From Coleofasciculus sp. B1-GNL1-01 (lineage in GTDB: Bacteria > Cyanobacteriota > Cyanobacteriia > Cyanobacteriales > Coleofasciculaceae), in the NCBI GenBank assembly GCA_040220235.1, contig JAVJTO010000096.1: a stretch of DNA of 64,000 bases; one strand, written 5' to 3'. Shown piece by piece: positions 60,011 through 64,000 of this stretch (position 1 is the stretch's first letter; each line of letters opens with the position of its first letter). A program made the translations under genes and the position numbers. The notes under the pieces are model-generated. The model was not told the origin of the DNA. It made no database searches and saw only the letters and a program-made list of their open reading frames with translations.

Positions 60011-61015
60011 ATGAAATTCATTCACCGTACAATTCCTCTATTGGGTTTAACGGCTATCCTGATCACCCCAATAACTGCTCGTGCTGTTCAAAATTGCCCA
60101 ATAGATGCGGTTACGCTCAAAGATTATATTGCCCAAACCACTCCTGAGGATTTTATCCAACGAGGAATACAGCAAGAGCAAAGTGGTGATCTTAAGGGAG
60201 CAATCACTAACTTTAATCGAGCAATTGAGCTTAACCCTTTTTATTCCCCAGCTTATGCTCAACGAGGAATTTTTCGCCTGAAACAGGGTGATATTAGTGG
60301 TGCAATTAGGGACTTTAATCGGTGGACTGAGATTAATCCAAACTCTGCCCAAGCATACAACTTCAGAGGATTTGCTCGTCAGCAACAGGGGGACATTGAT
60401 AGTGCGATCACCGACTTTAACCGGGCGATTGAAATTGATCCTAATTACGCCCCAGCCTATGACAATCGGGGAGTTGCTTACGGACAACAGGGAGAAGTCC
60501 AGAAAGCGCTAGCCGACTTTGACACAGCAATTGAAATTGACCCTAACTTCGCTCCAGCTTATCACAACCGCGCAGTTGCCCGTGTGAAACAGGGCAACAT
60601 GGAGGCGGCAATTCGCGACTTTAATCGGGCAATTGAGGTTGATCCGAACGATGCTCAAGCCTACTATACTCGAGGAGCTGTCTATTTTAAACAGGGAGAT
60701 ACCCAAGCAGCACTCGCTGACTTTAATCAGGCAATTACGATTGACCCTAATAATGCTCAACCTTACTATAATCGCGGAGTTGTCCGTGTAGTACAGGGGG
60801 AACTTCAGGAGGGAATTGCCGATTTCACTCAATCGATTCAACGTGATCCTAACTATGCTGCTGCCTACTACAATCGGGGAACTGCCTTTGTTCAATTAGG
60901 GAACGAAGAAGAAGCGATCGCGGATTTCCAAAAGGCGGCAGAGTTATCCAGACAACAGGGTAATATGACAATTTATCAAAATGCCCTTGACCAAATTCAA
61001 CAGATGCAGCCGTAA
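60011..61015 (+). CDS. Secreted TPR-repeat protein (paralog 3)
   Basis: AGGAG RBS; signal peptide; about 8 TPRs; same C-terminal cap as paralogs 1 and 2. Confidence 0.92.
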   Translation: MKFIHRTIPLLGLTAILITPITARAVQNCPIDAVTLKDYIAQTTPEDFIQRGIQQEQSGDLKGAITNFNRAIELNPFYSPAYAQRGIFRLKQGDISGAIRDFNRWTEINPNSAQAYNFRGFARQQQGDIDSAITDFNRAIEIDPNYAPAYDNRGVAYGQQGEVQKALADFDTAIEIDPNFAPAYHNRAVARVKQGNMEAAIRDFNRAIEVDPNDAQAYYTRGAVYFKQGDTQAALADFNQAITIDPNNAQPYYNRGVVRVVQGELQEGIADFTQSIQRDPNYAAAYYNRGTAFVQLGNEEEAIADFQKAAELSRQQGNMTIYQNALDQIQQMQP

Positions 61016-61163
61016 AGAGGTACATGAGGTAAGGGTACGGCAATGCCGTACCCCTACGAGTGATAATTGATTCATAATGGAGATTAATCTCGCTGGTTAA
61101 TACACCCTCCCTCAAGGAGTGTATTGGTTAGCAAGCGTTAGCAAAAAGGTATTGGAACACAAT

Positions 61164-61355
61164 ATGAACACTATCGAATCCATCGTTCTCAGAGAACTCC
61201 GCCAACTGCCCCCAAGTCAACAAAATGAAGTTTTAGATTTTGTGCAATTTCTCCGCAGAAAATCTCCCAATATTCCGAAAAAAAGTGTTAAAGGACTCTG
61301 TGCAGATCTGCCCTTTGACTTAACCGATGCTTTTGGGCGCAATCATCGTCTGTAG
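61164..61355 (+). CDS. DUF2281-like antitoxin (orphan, 3' end possibly truncated)
   Basis: LRQLPPSQQNEVLDFVQFL...KGLCADL pattern; followed by a MITE rather than a toxin gene. Confidence 0.7.
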   Translation: MNTIESIVLRELRQLPPSQQNEVLDFVQFLRRKSPNIPKKSVKGLCADLPFDLTDAFGRNHRL

Positions 61356-61377
61356 TCTACTAACTTGAAAACTGCCG

Positions 61378-61489
61378 TAAATTGGGTATGAGTAGCGAGC
61401 AAGATGCAAAGCCTGCGGCATGGCTTCGCTAAACGCACTACAAGGATTTCGTCATTGTTGACATTAAGGTTTGAATACCGAACAGCTTA
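61378..61489. mobile_element. MITE copy 2 (inverted, one end missing)
   Basis: The reverse complement matches 27617-27752 (TAAGCTGTTCGG.ATT.AAACCTTAAT...GCGTTTAGCGAAGCCATGCCGCAGGC...ATACCCAATTT). Confidence 0.8.
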
Positions 61490-61527
61490 TATCCTCACCC
61501 AACTATCTGCAAACATCCTTTGCTGAT

Positions 61528-62601
61528 TTAACCATAAATTTTCCGGTAGTAATCTTTGTACTCCTTCGACAGCAACGGTTCCCACCAATCCCGATGGGTC
61601 AAATACCATTCAACGGTGCTACGTAATCCCCCTTCAATGGTTTCTTGAGGTGTCCAACCCAGTTTTGCCTTAATTTTGCGAGCATCAATCCCGTATCGGC
61701 GATCGTGTCCGGGTCGATCTTTTACAGAAGTAATTAACTTTTTACTGGGAGAAACAGGTAAATCCGAAGCTAATTCATCCATAAGCTGGCAAACCATCTG
61801 AACCAAATCCAGGTTCTTGATTTGGTTGTTACCGCCAATGTTATAGGTTTCGCCGGGAGTTCCTTGGTGAATGACTAAATCAATGGCTTGACAGTGATCA
61901 TTCACATAAAGCCAGTCCCGCACATGCTGTCCATCTCCATAAACGGGTAAGGGTTGACCCAGCATGATGTTAATACACATCAAGGGAATCAGCTTTTCGG
62001 GAAACTGATAGGGACCGTAGTTATTTGAGCAATTGGTAATTAATGTGGGGACGCCGTAGGTATGATGATAGGCACGAATGATGTGATCACTACCCGCTTT
62101 AGACGCCGCATACGGACTGTTGGGTTGATAGGGTGTTGTTTCACTAAATAACGGGTCATTCGGACTCAAGCTGCCGTATACTTCATCCGTAGACACATGA
62201 AGGAAGCGATCGCTCTTTGGACACCCCCGTTTTTTCCAATGCTGGCGAAAGGCTTCGACTAGAGTTGATGTACCCAGAACATTTGTTCTCACAAACGCTT
62301 CGGGTCCTAAAATGGAGCGGTCAACATGGGATTCCGCCGCAAAGTGGGCGACGGTATCAATTGTCTCACTGCGGAGTAAGGCATCAACCAACGTGCGATC
62401 GCAAATATCTCCCGGTACAAACCGCAAATTCTCTCGTCCCTCGACTGGCTCTAGATTCCGACGATTGCCGGCGTAACTGAGCAAATCGAGAACAACGACT
62501 CGATCATCGGGGTAGCGATCGCACCAGTGATGGACGAAGTTGGAGCCAATAAACCCCGCTCCACCTGTTATGAGTATGCGGCGAGGTTCTCGTGAAGGCA
62601 T
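61528..62601 (-). CDS. rfbB: dTDP-glucose 4,6-dehydratase
   Basis: TGGAGFIGSN, HFAAESHVDRS, STDEVYG, YAASK and DRPGHDRRY motifs. Confidence 0.97.
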   Translation of the reverse strand: MPSREPRRILITGGAGFIGSNFVHHWCDRYPDDRVVVLDLLSYAGNRRNLEPVEGRENLRFVPGDICDRTLVDALLRSETIDTVAHFAAESHVDRSILGPEAFVRTNVLGTSTLVEAFRQHWKKRGCPKSDRFLHVSTDEVYGSLSPNDPLFSETTPYQPNSPYAASKAGSDHIIRAYHHTYGVPTLITNCSNNYGPYQFPEKLIPLMCINIMLGQPLPVYGDGQHVRDWLYVNDHCQAIDLVIHQGTPGETYNIGGNNQIKNLDLVQMVCQLMDELASDLPVSPSKKLITSVKDRPGHDRRYGIDARKIKAKLGWTPQETIEGGLRSTVEWYLTHRDWWEPLLSKEYKDYYRKIYG

Positions 62602-62726
62602 AATGACTTGGGTTCCTTTTTGCTGTAATCTCGGAGGGGATAATTCTAACCGTCGATCATCTTAACATCCGGTTGGGGATCAAGGATGAGACGGGTCAAA
62701 AATTGATAGCGCCAGCCCATCTGAGG

Positions 62727-64000
62727 CTAGAGTATGGGTACAACTACGTCAGGTGGGTTGGAGGCTTCAGGGCTTTCCTCTGCTGGATTCGCTGACTCTT
62801 CAGGTTGGTCTTTTTGAGCCTCGGACTCTGAGGTTGTGTCTGATGGCGATGGTTGTTCAGAGTTTTCTGGATCACCATCCGAGGTTTCTGAATTGGATGA
62901 GGAAGAACTTGGGGAATTCGAGTCCTCAGCCGCCTCCGGATTCTCAGGTTGGGGTGTTGGCGAATTAGAACCCTCAGGAGTCTGATCCGAGGCTTCGGGA
63001 GGTGTTGGCTTCGGACACACCTTGTCTTGACCTGAGAACTCTACCGAGACTTGGTATTCCTGGGGCTGTTCCGTGCGATTCAGAAAACGATGAGCTTGAA
63101 TTGTATCTTGTGCCTTTTGCTCAAGAATGGGATCACCTGCTCGTTGAATGACTTGTAAATTCGTCGGTTTGCCATCAGTGCCGACAACGACGCTATATCG
63201 GACGTTGCCATTCGCCCGCTTCTGGCAAGCGGCTTTGGGATAAGAAGCAATCAATGTTCTGGGTGGAGGTTGTACCTTATTCTCTTCAGCGCCAGTGATA
63301 TCTGACTGTTGCTCAGAGTTGGGTTTCTCGGCTACTGACTGATCCGATTCTGATGCCGTCTCTTCCGGATTTGGGGTTGGATCATCTTCATTAGCGGCGG
63401 GATCAGTCTCTTGATTGAGAGCAACTTCCTTTTTATCTCTGTGGGGTTCCGGTGGTTTAGAGCGTGGATTCGTTAACACCGATGAGTTGCGATCATCGCG
63501 TAATTGCGCTGCCAAACGATCAATACTCGGCATCGGCTCTGTTTGTATGGATCTTGATTCAGGATTCATTGTTCCTGGGGGAGGCGGTGGCGGAAGTTGG
63601 CTGGGAAAAACTGGAATTCCTAGATTTCTCCTCATGGGTGGAAATGGAGTACTCGGTTGATTCCGGGAGATTCGGGTTCTGGTTCGTTTCCGAGTCGAAG
63701 ACGACGATGACGGAATTTTTAACGATTGTGAAGGGGACGCCACGGAAATGTTGCCATCGAGGGGTAAAGAATCTAAGGAATCCTGAGAGGGGAGAGGTGG
63801 GAGCGGTGGGAATGGCGATTGTAATGGTGTCTGCTGATAAATATAGGGGGGAACCGTTGGCACTGATAAATCGGGTAGGCGACTCAAATCGGCTTCGCTT
63901 AATTCCAGCATTTGTACAGTTCGCCGAGTTAGTGGCGCTTCATTGGAAAAAACGGGGACATAAGAGGGTAAGGTTAGCCCCAAGATGACATGAATACCCA
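62727..64000 (-). CDS. TonB-family energy transducer (5' end beyond the window)
   Basis: Frame open to the window edge (GIHVILGL anchor); Pro-rich spacer; YPKAAC...G.V...VVV..DG...D..L...A TonB_C-like domain. Confidence 0.75.
   Translation of the reverse strand, partial: GIHVILGLTLPSYVPVFSNEAPLTRRTVQMLELSEADLSRLPDLSVPTVPPYIYQQTPLQSPFPPLPPLPSQDSLDSLPLDGNISVASPSQSLKIPSSSSSTRKRTRTRISRNQPSTPFPPMRRNLGIPVFPSQLPPPPPPGTMNPESRSIQTEPMPSIDRLAAQLRDDRNSSVLTNPRSKPPEPHRDKKEVALNQETDPAANEDDPTPNPEETASESDQSVAEKPNSEQQSDITGAEENKVQPPPRTLIASYPKAACQKRANGNVRYSVVVGTDGKPTNLQVIQRAGDPILEQKAQDTIQAHRFLNRTEQPQEYQVSVEFSGQDKVCPKPTPPEASDQTPEGSNSPTPQPENPEAAEDSNSPSSSSSNSETSDGDPENSEQPSPSDTTSESEAQKDQPEESANPAEESPEASNPPDVVVPIL

Noticed and set aside
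57733..60895. Short overlapping ORFs within the TPR genes (and similar ones within the FHA, glgP and kinase genes)
   Set aside because: They are antisense or alternative-frame shadows of repetitive coding sequence.

Overview
A 64-kb chromosomal window from a filamentous cyanobacterium. HIP1 (GCGATCGC) sites, 7-bp STRR arrays and GTAG-type REP hairpins are abundant; an Oscillatoriales/Coleofasciculus-like source is my inference. Housekeeping genes include an aldo/keto reductase, ribD, glgP, gmd, fcl, galE, rfbB, a UPF0182 gene and a partial TonB gene. They flank an accessory zone of about 3.6-23.9 kb with two candidate systems. (1) A tubulin/FtsZ-like GTPase (FtsZl1/Tubulin_2 type) with a membrane vWA protein, a Zn-finger/TM/TPR/periplasmic-binding receptor and an FHA-FHA-ABC exporter, all on the + strand but separated by insertions. 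(2) An HTH-AAA_35 protein and a membrane-spanning AAA_35-coiled-coil-WD40 protein, convergent with a secreted COP23-trypsin that lacks catalytic residues. The same 11-bp repeat (ACTGACTTATA) lies upstream of the COP23 and HTH genes, suggesting an NTPase-based transmembrane signalling regulon. The window also holds many toxin-antitoxin remnants in which the toxin is broken or missing, nested MITE-in-REP insertions, a chaperone-usher-like pilin/usher pair, a PEP-CTERM protease, a large TPS/FHA exoprotein, tandem hybrid kinases, a tandem trio of secreted TPR proteins, and a small two-gene unit whose first gene is below the ORF-track cutoff. No rRNA, tRNA, CRISPR array or intact transposase was seen. 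All domain calls come from visual motif recognition, not database searches.
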